Source: Carcharhinus longimanus
Lineage: Eukaryota
Reading direction: 5' to 3'
Assembly: GCA_030264375.1 (NCBI GenBank)
Contig: JASCQW010000109.1
Location: 43,896,666-43,960,665 of the forward strand
Length of the DNA stretch: 64,000 nt
A program made the translations under genes and the position numbers. Position 1 is the first letter of the stretch. Every line of letters begins with the position of its first letter. Shown here one piece after another: positions 1 to 12,859 of the stretch. The notes beneath the pieces are model-generated. The model ran no database searches and was not told where the DNA came from. It saw nothing but the letters and a program-made list of their open reading frames with translations.

Positions 1-748
1 TGCTGCACCAGTTCACCAGATTCTCTATCTCATTCCTGTGCTCTGTCTTGTCATTGTTTGAGATCCAACCCACGATGGTGGTGTCGTCAGCAAAGTTTAA
101 AATTGAGTTGGAGGAGAATTTGGCCACAGTCATAGGTGTATTAGGACCATGTGCTCATTAGGTGAAGTAATCCAACAGGTGCCAGACTGTGGCGACTAGG
201 GGAATTTCACAGTAGCTTTATTGCAGTGTTAACATAAGCCTTACTTGTGACCAATAAATAAACTTTTAGTAGGGGCTGAGAGCCTTGTGAGGCACTAGTG
301 TTGAGGATGAAGGTGTTGTTGCCTATCATTACCGTGGGTTAGCAAGTTCAGCATCCAGTCGCAGAGGGAGGAGCTGAGGCCAAGCCATGGAGTTTGGTGA
401 TGAGTTCCATGGGAATAATGGTGTTGAAGGCTGAGCTATAGTCAATAAAAAGGAATCTGACATAGGTGTCTTTGTTAGCTTGGTGTTCCAGGGTTAAGTG
501 CAGGGCCAGGGAGATGGCATCTGCTATGAACCCACTGCAGTGGTAGGTGAGTTGTAGTAGATCCAGGCGTCTGGGAGGCTGGAACTGATTCGTGCCATGA
601 CTCACCTTTCGAAGCACTTCATAATGATGGATGTCAGAGCCACCGGCCGATAGTCATTAAGGCACGCTACTGGGCTTTTCTTTGGTACTGGGATGATGGT
701 CATTTACTTGAAGCAGATAGGGATCTCATATTATTGTAAAGAGAGGTT
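1..748 (-). mobile_element. Rex1/Babar-clade LINE RT fragment (decayed; SINE tail inserted about 150-268)
   Basis: Minus-strand translation [42 protein letters not shown] matches the Rex1/Babar RT motif region; frameshifted. Confidence 0.8.
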
Positions 749-754
749 GAAGAT

Positions 755-1040
755 GCACTGCTGCCTCACAGCACCAGGGACTCAGGTTTGATTCCCGGCC
801 TTGGGGCACTGTCTGTGCAGATTCTGCATGTTCTCCCCCATATCTACATGGGTTTCGTACGGCTGCTCTGGTTTCCTCCCACAATCCGAAAAATGTGCTG
901 GTTAGATGCATTGACCATGTTAAATTCTCCCTCAGTTACCCAAACAGGCAGAGTGTGATGACTAGGGGATTTTCACAGTAACATCATTGCAGCGGTAATG
1001 TAAGCCCATTTGTGACACTAATAAATCAACTTAAAACAAA
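755..1040 (+). mobile_element. tRNA-derived shark SINE (HE1-like head, GGATTTTCACAGTAACTTCATTGCAG tail)
   Basis: Head GCACTGCTGCCTCACAGC..GGTTTGATTCC; the same body and tail recur many times in the window. Confidence 0.8.
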
Positions 1041-1394
1041 CTTCAAAGCAAATCTTGTGACGGAAAACAGGAATTCCATCTCCAGTGACTTACTAATGTT
1101 AAGTGTAACAGTGTTAAACGGGGCAACATTAAAGGGGGACTTACTATATGTACATTCTTACACTTGCTACAGCAGATTAGAGTAAAAGAACAATTTGTAA
1201 TTAAATACATTGATTCATAATTGCAATTTTATATTTACATACAAAAGGTTTATATTCGTGCTAATAAAAATGTTTTATCCACTTTTGTTATTTTACACGT
1301 GACATTAGTACACATATCTTTAAAGATTGTGGCAACTAGGGGATTTTCACAGTAACTTCATTGCAGGTTTAATGTAAGCCTACTTGTGACACTA

Positions 1395-1615
1395 AATAAT
1401 AAATAAATAAATTCAGTCACCCTGACACTAAAGGGCAATTTCACCTGGCCAATCAACCTAACCTGCACATTTTTGGACTGTGGGAAGAAACAGGAGCACC
1501 TGGAGGAAACTCATGCAGACACGGGAAGAATATGCAAATTCCACAGTGTGACCCGAGACTGGAACTGAACCCAGGTCCCTGGTGTGTGAGGCAGCAGTGC
1601 TACCAATGTACCACC
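1395..1615 (-). mobile_element. HE1-like SINE (a plus-strand SINE tail lies next to it at about 1327-1391)
   Basis: Reverse complement of the GGTAGCACTGCTGCCTCACA head and CCCACAGTCCAAA body. Confidence 0.75.
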
Positions 1616-1761
1616 TTCAACTTGTATGACATAAAACAGGACTGTTCTGCCACCTTCAGGGATCTGTGGACAAGCACCCCAAAATCCCTCTGTTCCACTG
1701 AGCTTCCTCATGTTATGCCATTCATTGAGAACTCCCTTGTTTTGTTACTCCTTCCAAAGCA

Positions 1762-2600
1762 TCAGGTGGTGTCCCCACGTGTCTGCTGCCCTTGTTTTTT
1801 ATCGGAGGTAAAGGTTACAAATTTGGAAGGTTCTGACAAAGGACAATTGACAAGTTGCTGTAGTGTGTCTTGAAGATGATACACATTACTACCACTGTGT
1901 ACCAATTTTGGAAGGTGAAATTGTACAAAATAGTGGAAGGGGTGTTGGTTAAGGGAGTTGCTTTGTCCTGAATGATGTTGAGCTTTGAATGTTGTTGACC
2001 TGCAATGCAAGCCTTTTCTGTATCCAGCGGGTTCAGCTGCTTCTTGGCATCATGTGGAGTGAATCAAATTGGTCAAAAAACAACTAACTGTGATGCTCAT
2101 GGCCTCAGGGCAAGGCAGAGATGGCTCATTCACTCAGCACTTCTGTCTGAAGATGGCTGCTTCACGTTTCAGCCTTGTGGTTTGCACTGATGTTTTGGGC
2201 TTCCCCATCATCGAAGATGAGCATGTTAGTGGAGCTGTCTCCTCCAGTTCCTTATTTAACTGCCCATCACTTCATGACAGGATGGACCAGGACAGACGAT
2301 CTTTGATAATTTGGTTGTGGGATCACATGCATGCTGCGTTTGCTGTTTGGCATGCATTCAAGTCCTGTTGTAGCTTCACCAAGTTGGTGCTTCATTTCAA
2401 ATTATGCCTGGTGTTGCTCACGAGATGCTCTCCTGCACTCATTGAACCGGGGTTAATGGTAATGGTGGAGCGAGGGAAATGGCAGGCCATGAGGTTACAG
2501 ATTGTGGTTGGCTACAATCCTGTCGCTACTGATGGCTCATAGCATCTTAGGTACCTGCTTTTGAGCTGCCAAATCTATTGTGAATTTATCCCAGGCAGGC
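1762..2600 (-). mobile_element. decayed non-LTR LINE fragment (same family as 29322-29680)
   Basis: Shares TCTGCTGCCCTTGT and flanking sequence with 29322-29680; no intact ORF. Confidence 0.55.
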
Positions 2601-3109
2601 ACAGAGTAGTTCATATTCTTGACCTACTGCCACTTTATTTATAGCTTGTGTAAAGGACAAAAATCTTGCATTGATATAGCACTGTCCACAAACTGACTAT
2701 TCCGAAAATATTGCAGAACCAATTAATGTAATCATTGGTGATTTGTAGGGGAAGACAGCAGATAAGTTGTGTACAGCAAGATTCCACAAATAATAATAAG
2801 ATAAATGACTAGTCACATAAAAGCAAAATACTGTGGAAATCCTGAAATAAAAACAGAAATTGTTGGGATAAACTCAGCTGGTCTGGCAGCAATTGCCGAG
2901 AGTAAATGTGCAAATTCTGCACAGTCAGTGACTCAAGCTGGGGCCCTAGCACTGTGAGGTAGCAGTGCTAACCACTGTGCCACCCTGTGTCGCCCTGTAA
3001 GTTGCGGTGTGATTGAAAAAAAATTAAATTGTTCACCATTCTTATTAATCAAGTCAGTAAATTGTTTTAAATCCAATGACACAACATGCAACCGAGTGTG
3101 TCTAGATCT

Positions 3110-3400
3110 GGGAGCAGCATGGTGGCCCAGTGACTAGCACTGCTGCCTCACAGCGCCAGGAACCTGGATTCAATTCCTGGCTTGGGTCACTGTCTGTGGG
3201 GAGTCTGCACGTTCTCCCCATGTCTGTGTGGGTTTCCTTCCACAGTGCGAAAGATGTGCTGGTTAGGTGCATTGGCCAGACCAAGTTCTCCCTCAGATTT
3301 CCTGGACAGGCATCGGAACATGGCAACTCGGGGATTTTCACAGTGATTTCATTGCAGTCTTAATGTAAGCCTACTTGTGACACTAATAAATAAACTAAAC
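3110..3400 (+). mobile_element. tRNA-derived shark SINE
   Basis: A/B-box-like head (GGTGGCCCAGTG..GGATTCAATTCC) and TAATAAATAAACT tail. Confidence 0.8.
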
Positions 3401-3673
3401 AGAAGCAGAAGACATACACATAATTAGAATGAAAAAAAAAGTGGCAAACATAACTCACGTTTAAAATCAAACTTATTACAGAAAATCCTCCATGGTGCTT
3501 TACAAGGAGAAGAAACATACATTCTGCAACTCCAAACTTTGTGCACCACTATTCATTTGGATAATGAAGATTGTATGGATGAAAAGCGACAATGTCGAAA
3601 TATGCTATTTGTTGCTAATTTTGTCTTCCAAAGGCAAAAGACTATAACATACAGTTCTTGTATGAAACAAATT

Positions 3674-3679
3674 TTTAAT
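3674..3679 (-). terminator. candidate CNOT8 polyadenylation signal (ATTAAA)
   Basis: ATTAAA on the minus strand near the end of an ~1.6 kb repeat-free AT-rich stretch after the stop codon; one of several candidates. Confidence 0.3.
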
Positions 3680-5257
3680 GTACAAACATATTTAAATTAC
3701 ATTGGTTCAGGTTTTTGCTTAAAAGTCTGGATATCTTGCATCATCACCGAAGTATTAAAATAAATAGAGTTAATTCTTAAAAGGAGATTTCTGTCGAGGG
3801 AAGTGCTTAAAACCAAAATGACCCTTATTTCTCACAAAATATCAATAGCTTGGGTCTTGACCCAGCTATTTAAAATCAAGATCCATTACTGCAAGTTGGA
3901 GCTAATTAAGCTAATTCAGGTAAATTAAACATTTTACATGTAAAAAATACTTCCATCAACAACAGTACGAAAGATTTGAGTGTATTCTTGAATTTGAAAG
4001 CGAAAACAACTGTATGAAGGTCTTATTCAAATCGATGTACAAGTGGCATTTTCCACTCATCATCTGAAAGCAAAATGAATATTTAACCAGAGACTTGGAT
4101 CAATTTATGATTCTTGTGGTAACAGTAATGCAGTCATTAATCATATCACAACAAAAAGCTCATGGTTCAAGCATCCAACTCAGTTCACAAGGGAAGATGG
4201 GGAATCTACCTGCCAAGTATCACATTTCAGGTCCATGGTACATACACTGTGAAAGGCAAAACACTATTGCAAAATCCTTTAAACACAGGGATACTCAGAT
4301 GATGAAAATCAGATCAACAAATACAATTAACAATTTTCTGTTTTAAAAAATTGAAGTAAAAAAATCTTAATTCTATTTTCTTTCTATAAACAGGATGAAT
4401 TTTAACTTTAATAACATCTTTTTGATAAGAGCGTAAACAAGAACAACTCTTTTTAAATTAACTCATTTATGTTGAAAATTAATAGCAGGACAATACTACA
4501 GTAAAATAAGTTCAATCCCCCGGCTGAAATTCCTGCTTTTAGCTGTTTAAGTCAATTGAACAGGATAATAAAGATTTGAAGTTTACTAGTGTGACTGCAC
4601 CTGGAATTATTTCTTCCATTCAAATATTGGAAATTCTCCCCTCACGCCACTAAAGTACTTTGTGAACGCTGTACCGCAGAATAAACATCAACAAAATAAA
4701 AGTTAATCCTGAAATCATTTTATCCCCACAGCAGTCCTTCATAAGAAAAAGGGTTTTTTTTTGGCATGAATATGTAAAATGTTTCTCATAAAAATAAGCC
4801 AAAGGTTATCACAATGCAAAAGTCCATGGTGCTAGGGCCCATTGTTCCACAAAACTAGCAAGCATTGTGATGTGTAATTTTCACTACTAATGTCACCTAA
4901 TCAAAGAAAAGAAAGGGGAAACCAAAGAGAAAAGGGGAGAAAAATAGGGAAATACAAGAGGTAAAAGTGGAGAACATAAACATACTTTAGGGTATAAACT
5001 GGACCAGTGCAGATTAATTTACAGCCTGGCTTCCCTCCCCTGTCATCTACTGATCTAGAAAACAATGAGCAACAGCACAGTATTTCCAAATCTTAAATGG
5101 CAAAAATGTGTTTTTCTTTAAAAAAGCAGCCATGTTTTAATACCTCTGGCAGCGTCCTGCCAAATATCTCCAAAACTTGTGCCAGGAGAATACCACTAAT
5201 TTTGTAGTAAAATGTCTGTTTAAAAACATCAAGGTTTGGTAAAACATCTCAGCTGTG

Positions 5258-5389
5258 TCAGTGCTGTTTGCTGTTGGTTTCTTCTTCAGATGTCCCAGCT
5301 GTCCCATTGTGGTTGTTAGTTAAACCTGATCCAAGACCATACAAATGTCCACAGTACTTTGTGTCATCAATGTTGTCTTCAAAAAATAA
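5258..5389 (-). CDS. CNOT8: CNOT8 last coding exon (LFFEDNIDDTKYCGHLYGLGSG...KQH*)
   Basis: AG acceptor at 5391-5390, 132 nt including TGA; conserved CAF1 C-terminal motif KYCG(H/R)LYGLG. Confidence 0.95.
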   Translation of the reverse strand, partial: LFFEDNIDDTKYCGHLYGLGSGLTNNHNGTAGTSEEETNSKQH

Positions 5390-6584
5390 CTGGGAAATAG
5401 AAGTATAAATATTTAGGGTGAATTTACAGTAAGTCAGCATTGGGCTGGCACTTTTCAGGAACACCAGTGCACAAATTAGTAACTTTGCCCCACACAGTAT
5501 GGTCTGTTAGTCTGGGTACTGGTACAACACGCAAACATGTACTAGTTAATGCGCTCGGAGCAGCGGTGTGGAGGGGGTGGGGGTCAGGCCAAACTTTGGG
5601 CAGCAGCAACTAATAAATTTCCATTGGCCATACCAAAGCAATAACATTTTCGTTTCAGTGAGAGAAGGAGGCAAAATGCAAAAATGGTTTCAATCAGATG
5701 GCCAAAAGGGAAAGGCCAGGGTCACAAAGGATAAAATTCTTCTCTTTATGGGTCTTCCCCTTTGGAGACCATCAGGAATGGATGCTTGACAATAGTACTA
5801 GAACAATACTCAGGCAGTCCGGTTACATAATATGGAAATGCCCAATTTGATAATTTCTGTGGTTCTCATTAGCTTTGCACTACATGTACTCTCCCACTTC
5901 CCTCCTTAATGTTCCAATAAGGAACATCCTAGAGCTCATTCCTTCAGTCCACCCAAAAATAAAGGAAGTTGAAACCTGCTGTGTACAACGCAGCGTTTCC
6001 ATCTCAAGATTTAGACTTGGGATATAGCTGGACCGGGATTGTATATTCAGAAAGAAATGACTTATTTTGTTTTACTATTATGTGCACTCTTTTATCCTAT
6101 AGATAAATTCTGAATTTTTGGCTTTGGTTTCATTTAGTTTTAAATATTGCAACTTCATATTAAAATTACATCAGGCAGCAAGGTCAAATATAAACCGAGT
6201 TCTCTTGGCATTCCAGTCAATACTCCTCTCAACCATTACCGCCAATTCACTTTTATGTCATTGCTGTATATGGGGATGTGACTCCAGTTTTTGTTGATGT
6301 AATAGTCTGTACATATTCCAGCACTGTCCTCACTCACCCAGGTGAGCACAGATAGCGTGCTACAAAATATACGCCCAGCATTGTATGGCTCCGAATTAGA
6401 AAAACAAGTCAAAGAGGAAGAATTTATTGTGCACTACTTCAAAAAGAAATCTGCAATCTGTACATGAAAAAGTAGAACAGTCAGATGGCAGCCTTCCATC
6501 TTGTAAGATGATGCTTTGCATCAATTATTAATATTTATTAAAATTTTGAAAATAATTTTGTCACAGCATTTGTCACTTTCATAC

Positions 6585-6695
6585 CTCCCTCATTCTGAAG
6601 AAAGCCATGCCCGTCAGTAGTGAATCCGAGCCTGCTTGATGCTGTCGTCCAATTCGCTCCAGCTCCAGCTGTTCAGCAACTTCCTGTAGACCGCC
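6585..6695 (-). CDS. CNOT8: CNOT8 coding exon 5 ([37 protein letters not shown])
   Basis: 111 nt, AG/GT boundaries, contains the HQAGSD catalytic motif. Confidence 0.97.
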
Positions 6696-7491
6696 CTATA
6701 GAAAATGTCCACAAACTGTTAAATATGACCACTTAATTTTGGGCTAGATGGCTGCTACAGCAATGAGGCTTTATAACACTTCTTTCAGTTAAGTGTTATT
6801 CTGAAGACAGATATAAAAACTGTTTGCGCCAGCCTGCTGATGCAAAGATGCAGGGTGCAACCTCTGCGCCAGAATAGGTAGGCCCAAAGCTATAGTGGCT
6901 GGGGGCATCATTCACACCAGACTGATGAGTTCCCGCCACCTGCTGGCCATCCCCAAGTCAATCACCAATGAAAAGAATTTGAATTTCAGATTGTTGTATC
7001 ACCAGCAACGAGAGGAGGCAAAGGGCTATGAATAAGTTGAGGGAGGAGGGAACGATACTTTGGGGAGGAGAAAGAGAGCAGACATTTAGAGGCCAACCTG
7101 TGGTTTTAAAATAAGAGTCAGGGAGAGTGCTCTTGCACATGAAAGGAAGCAAAGCCACAGTGAAATTAATCACAATGCACAACATAAACAGGAGGCTTTC
7201 CTAATGGATACATAATAAATCACCTTTAGTCTTCAAAATTAATTTGGTTGATAGAAATACAATTTTAGTCAATGACTAATTTCCCTCACTTTTGTAAAAT
7301 GACTTACAAACAGATGCACTTGTACATGATGTCTCACAATACAAACTGCCTGAAATGAGTTTACTGAAAATAAAAGCATATCTGCTACATCGGTGCATTT
7401 GTCTTAAATATTGTTGTTTTTACTAGTGTTTAATTGTGATATCTAACATATGCACAAAATATGGAATTTATATTCAACTTCATACAAATAC

Positions 7492-7636
7492 CTTAAGGTT
7501 TTTACAGCTTTTCATCAGATACTTCACATCGTAGATAGCAGGAAAAAACAAATGCAGGATATCGAAGAACTCTTGCTCTTCTTCTGGTAGTCGGGAATGG
7601 GTTAGAAGTTTGATCAAGTAACCAAAATCATAACCA
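7492..7636 (-). CDS. CNOT8: CNOT8 coding exon 4 ([24 protein letters not shown]...KSCKNLK)
   Basis: 145 nt, AG/GT boundaries, FHSGYDF motif; SRLPEEE is CNOT8-type. Confidence 0.97.
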
Positions 7637-7929
7637 CTGCATGAAACACAAATTTCTCATGGTTAATACAATTTTAAAATTGCACTGTTTAATGCCAGAA
7701 ATTAAAATTCATAAGTTTAAAAAAGTCTACTTATGTCATAAAAACAGAAAAACCAATAAGGATCTCGCAGAATGAAAGCAAAGATTACCAACGGGAGGTC
7801 CTGCTTTCTCCTATATTTTAATCCAATGCAACACATGAAGCCTTAGTTGAGAGGGTAGCAGGGTTTCTGCTAATGTTTCAATGAAACCCTTAAATCTTTA
7901 GTATGTAAAAGCAGCTGCATATTCCGAAG

Positions 7930-8570
7930 ATTTCTTTAACTGCCAACCAATCTCCACTCAGCAGTTTCTGCAAACTTCAGCAATCTGCGGACTTGAACTC
8001 TAAGGTCCCTGTTTCTCTAAACATCTCACTATTCTACCATTTATTGTGTACTCCTTTGCCTTTTTTTTCAATGCACCACCTCACTTTTTTTGCGTTGAAC
8101 TTTGTCTGCCAATCTGGCCAGATAGCTGACATCTTCTGACAGTGTACAGATTTATTCCTCAATACTAACCACAAGGCCCATTTCTGTATCAACTGCAGAT
8201 TTCTTAAGCATGCCCCCTACATTTAAATCTAAATCATTGATATACATCGTGAAAAGTAAAGGATTTAGCATTAGCCCTGTAGAGCCTCACTGGAAACAAT
8301 CTCCCAGTCACTAAAACACCCACCAACCATTACCCTCTGCTTCCTACCACTCAGCTGACCAGATCCAACTTATCACTTTTCCTTGGATAAAATGTATTTT
8401 TAATTTTCCCACTAGTCTATCATATGAAACCTTGTCGAAGACCTTGTTAAAATCCATGAAGAATATAAACCCCCTACCCGTTACAACTTTCAAAATTCAA
8501 TCAACTAATAGACAGATTTGATCTTCTTCTAACAAGTCCATGCTGACCTTCCTTAATTAATGATTTCATA
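7930..8570 (-). mobile_element. old CR1-type LINE fragment in a CNOT8 intron
   Basis: Reverse complement resembles the RT region of the CR1 copies at 27.7-28.4 kb. Confidence 0.55.
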
Positions 8571-9271
8571 TACCAATTCAGTTTCAATCACGGTAACAGA
8601 GGTTGTATTTTTAATTGTAAGCACTATCAAAATAAAATTAGGACATCAGTAAGTTTCAGTGACATATTGTCCATGAGTTTGAAAAATAATTGATGTTTTA
8701 CTCTGAGAAAGGATTAGCTTGGATTGGTCTATTTTCAGATTAGAACAGCAAGTACTGGGAGTAGACCAAACATAGTGCCAACTTTGGATCATTTTCCCTG
8801 TCATTCTTGCATGTGTGGATACAATGTCTAGCTCAGCTATATTGGCTTAGATCGTGAGTTACCAAACTGGGGTCCATGGAAAGACGGGCACATTTGGAAA
8901 ATATTAAAAATACTACGCAGCTGCTTGTCCAATCAGAAGCTAGCTTCTCTCTGATTCGATGAGCATGGACAACAGAGTAATGGGAAAAGAGGGCCTTGGA
9001 ATAGAACTCTGAGCAGGGTGCACCTATTTCTTGGCAAAATAAAGGGCACCAACTTTGTGAGAATATTCAAGACTCCTGATGCTCTCAGGAGTTCCGTGGC
9101 TTGAAAAGTTTGGGAAACCTTGGCTTAGATTATCAATTTGTCTGCCCAGTTTGTTTAAGATCACAAAGACTGTTGCATAATGAGCCAATGTCTTGAGGAA
9201 TGCAAAGAAAATGAAGGGGGAGGAGATCATAATCTATATCAATGTTAAATACTTTAATTGCAGGGACCAAC

Positions 9272-9433
9272 CTGTGAAATGAAAGCCATTTAACATTATC
9301 ACACAGCACCACCCCAGATGTCATGAGCAACTCTGCAAAGTAAGAGGTTTCAATTCCTTCTTCTTCGTGTTTTTTGAATTGGAGCCCAGAAGTTCTCAGC
9401 AGATCTATCGAATCTTGCGAATACATGTCCTCC
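9272..9433 (-). CDS. CNOT8: CNOT8 coding exon 3 (EDMYSQDSIDLLRTSGLQFKKHEEEG...WLSFH)
   Basis: 162 nt, AG/GT boundaries; MYSQDSIDLL and LCDNVKWLSFH are CNOT8-type rather than CNOT7-type. Confidence 0.97.
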
Positions 9434-9500
9434 CTTCAAAACAAAATAATTTTCAACAATGTTTTACCACATCATTAACGACGATCATCCAAGACACTAT

Positions 9501-9625
9501 GGCTGGGATTTTACAATCTCGCTCAGGTGAGCTCGCAAAATCCTGCCCGAGGCTAATGGAGAATTCTGTTCTGCGAACCTCACCCGCCTTGATTCCAGGG
9601 CAAGTGAGGCGGTAAAATTCCGGCC
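9501..9625. mobile_element. short MITE-like element with terminal inverted repeats
   Basis: GGCTGGGATTTTAC ... GTAAAATTCCGGCC imperfect TIRs; related ends at 37219-37360. Confidence 0.55.
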
Positions 9626-9938
9626 CACATGTCTAATTTAATTGAAGTATTTTTCGATAAAATTAAATAACCTTTTAAAGCTGCTTCAATTATGCAGTTA
9701 CAAAATGCATGAATGATCATTATGGTGAAAAAGTCTGTCGACTAGGGTTGCAAATTTATAAATTAAGATTTTGAAGCTGATATGCTTTAATGAAAGTTAT
9801 TGCTGGTTAAAATGCAAGTTGCTCCCCAATAATTCAGCAAGCTTATCCAATAAAACTTGTCACATATTGTGTGCTACTGCTCAGAGAGAGAGAGATCGGC
9901 AGCACACTATATGTGACAAGCATATGTTTGTCACTATA

Positions 9939-10663
9939 TGTGACAAATCTGTAAACAGTCCCCTTAATATATATACGATGCTAGGAGAGTAGGATAATTA
10001 CTCATTTTAGCCATGTAATGGATGGAGCTAATGGATTTTTGTTTATAGATGAAGATTTCTCCCTGGAGTTTTTGGATTAGATTGATTGGCAAGGTCGTAC
10101 GCTAATATGATTAACGGGAACAGCTAGGTCTGCAGGAGAGGAAACAGTTTTTGAGTTGTAGCTGAGAATTGCTTGAGGACAGAGGCTTCAACAAGCTGCT
10201 CTAAAATAGCTTTTGCAGCAGATAGTTCAGTTGCAGTTCAAGTCTGGTTGAAGCTGGAAGGATTTTGCAAGTTTCTGGCAGTTTATCACTTTTTGAAAGC
10301 TTCAAGACTGTTAACAAACATTAAAGCAAGTATACCTAGGTTTACGAGCTGTATTTATTTATAGTGGATTTGATTCATGTGTGAATGGGGCTTAATTGGA
10401 ACTGGGACAGGCATAAGCTAGGAAATTGTTTCCTTCCATTGATAAATATGGTTCAACTGTTAATGGTTAAGCTGATTCATTTGTTAGTTACATTTAAACT
10501 GTGTTATTAAATAAAGTTTATTTTGATACACGCAATCCCTACTTTGTCATTAGAATTACTCCTGGAGCGAAACATCCTATCCTCACATTTATGTCAAAAT
10601 TGAAGATTGTTGGAGTCTCATCTGGCTCCATAATATACCTTGGGGTCTGGTCTGGGATTCTAA
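9939..10663 (+). mobile_element. probable solo LTR
   Basis: TGTGAC...CTAACA termini, internal AATAAA (about 10510), no coding capacity. Confidence 0.5.
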
Positions 10664-11005
10664 CAAAGACCAAGAAGGTGCCATGTACAAGGCAAATCTG
10701 TAATGAGTTAATCAACCTCAACCAGGGCACCAAAATTCTATTAGTGCAACTAGGGTGGCAAAACTGGAATTCTGCTCCTAATCACTAATTAGCAAACTCT
10801 ACTGGAACGCCTGTGTGTGATACCAAGCAAGAATTCATCTGTCATGGCACTAAAATGAAATAAATTGTTCGTACAACATTAACTTGGATGAAAATCTAGA
10901 GGGTGATCTGCACTTATACAACCAATCACAGCAACACATCAAGCCGTAATAAAAGGCAAAAAAAAAACATGATACATACAATTGGGCAGCTTTATCTGTA
11001 CTTAC

Positions 11006-11199
11006 GTAAGATTGAATTTAAAGTTGAATTGCCAAGTAGAGGTTCCAGGAGGATATTGGTTTTTCTCATTCATGAATGTTAATCCTAGCTGGATGATTTT
11101 CAGCAAGTCCACATTACATCGCAGAAGCTGGTACTGGTAATCTACAGTGCTACGGAATTCTCCAATTGGTCTTACCACAACACCAGGAAACTCGGTATC
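11006..11199 (-). CDS. CNOT8: CNOT8 coding exon 2 ([17 protein letters not shown]...[10 protein letters not shown])
   Basis: 194 nt, AG/GT boundaries, DTEF catalytic D40/E42; GVVVRP is CNOT8-type. Confidence 0.97.
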
Positions 11200-12336
11200 C
11201 TATGAAAGGTTAAATATTCCAACATCAAAAGCTGATCAATTATTAATGCAACTTAAAAATATAGGAAATTGATGATTCAAAGAAAAGAAAAAACCTAACG
11301 AAATGAGAACAAAAATTAAATATTTGTGTCACATGTCACTTGTTAGTTGAGCATAGAACAGTTTCACTTATGCTGAGACTCTGTAATATTATAACCAAAT
11401 CAATAATGGGTGGACATTTAAGGCAATCAGCAAAAAAATAATGGAATGCACTGCCTGAAGGAGTGGTGAAAGCAAATTCAGTGATAACTTTCAAAGAAGG
11501 CATTGGATGATATTTGAAGAGGGAAAATTTACAGGACCGTGACGAAACAGCACGGGAGTGAAACTAATTGGATAGTTCTTTCAAAGACTGAGCACTGGCA
11601 AAATCGGCCACATGACCACCTTTTTATACTGTTTGATTCTCACTTTTAACATAAAAATAATCAAAATTAGGGATTTTCCTCATTGTCCTGACCAATATTT
11701 ATTCCTTAACCAACGTCACCAAGACAGATTTATCATTCATCTCTTTATTTTTAATTGGAGATTGGTTAATGCAAATTCACCACCATGTTCTCCTGTGTTA
11801 CAAAATGACAATTATACTCAGGACACTGAAATACACTTTCTCTTTCTTCATTGCTCGAAACTGTACGTGGAACAATTTTTCTTTGAAGTAGATACCTCCT
11901 CACATCCTTACTTGATAAATTTTAAAACTTCGAACCTTTTACATTACTGCTTCTCCAATTGAGTTTTCCATCACTGCACTCACCATTCCTTTCCAGCAGA
12001 CAATGCAAGATTTTCAAAGCTATGTATTAGATTTCTATCATGTAAACGATTAACCCAAACTAACCCTTCTGTCTACATTTGTTAACCTACTCTCAATTAT
12101 TAAATCGCTTTGGAGCATATTCATGACTTTAAAACAAATCAAAGCTCTCACCTTCCACTCCATCTCCCCAAAGCCACTGTATAAATAGATGTCACATAAA
12201 TGCATAACGTCAAGGCACATATGTAGCAATACCTATTTCAGTTCATTCCATAGATTTCTAACCACTCCATTTACAGCAATGGAATACTGGGTAGTTACAA
12301 TTTAAATACCCTATCACACAATTCATAAACCCTTAC

Positions 12337-12453
12337 CATCGCTATATAGTTGTATTTCTGAATAATCAGGCGAATTTTCCTCATCTCTTCTTCCAGGTTA
12401 TTTGCCCATACCTCACGGATTATCTGACTATGGTCTTCTTCGGCAGCCGGCAT
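12337..12453 (-). CDS. CNOT8: CNOT8 first coding exon (MPAAEEDHSQIIREVWANNLEEEMRKIR...YIAM)
   Basis: ATG at 12453, 117 coding nt, GTAAG donor; acceptor at 12488-12487 leaves 33 nt of 5'UTR, so a non-coding exon 1 lies further upstream. Spliced CDS is 861 nt. Confidence 0.96.
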
Positions 12454-12859
12454 TTTGAAGAGGTTGCCAAAGTTGGCGGATGGGCACTGGAAACAGCAAA
12501 GAACATAAACTGATGTAGACATGTCAATTCTAACAAACTCAATGAGTGAGACACGACTTCTGAGCATTGCTCAAGGTTTTGTGCTGGAACTTTCAAACCA
12601 CAATTTTGCATGTGACCCATCCACTAGTGCAGGAGTCTGCAAAATAATCTCTTTAGCAGGCAAGAGAGTATAACACAATGAGTTATTTGTGTTGGATGTG
12701 ATCTGTGAATTGGTTGTGTGTGGACGCCATTAACAGACAATCTTTAACCACATTAAAAGCAGTTCAGTTGGCATATACTAGAATGTTTGAGTCTCAACCT
12801 GTCCATTATCTCTGGTTTGTCTACATCAGTGAATTAGTTGTAAAATTTCTACTAACATA

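Noticed and set aside
1263-1268. Plus-strand AATAAA as a possible GEMIN5 3' end
   Set aside because: No GEMIN5 exon is visible in the window; a lone hexamer in AT-rich DNA is not sufficient evidence.
3110-3190. tRNA genes at SINE heads
   Set aside because: A/B-box-like motifs continue into SINE bodies; I could not see a full cloverleaf.
5258-12453. CNOT7 assignment
   Set aside because: Diagnostic residues and linkage to FAM114A2 favour CNOT8.
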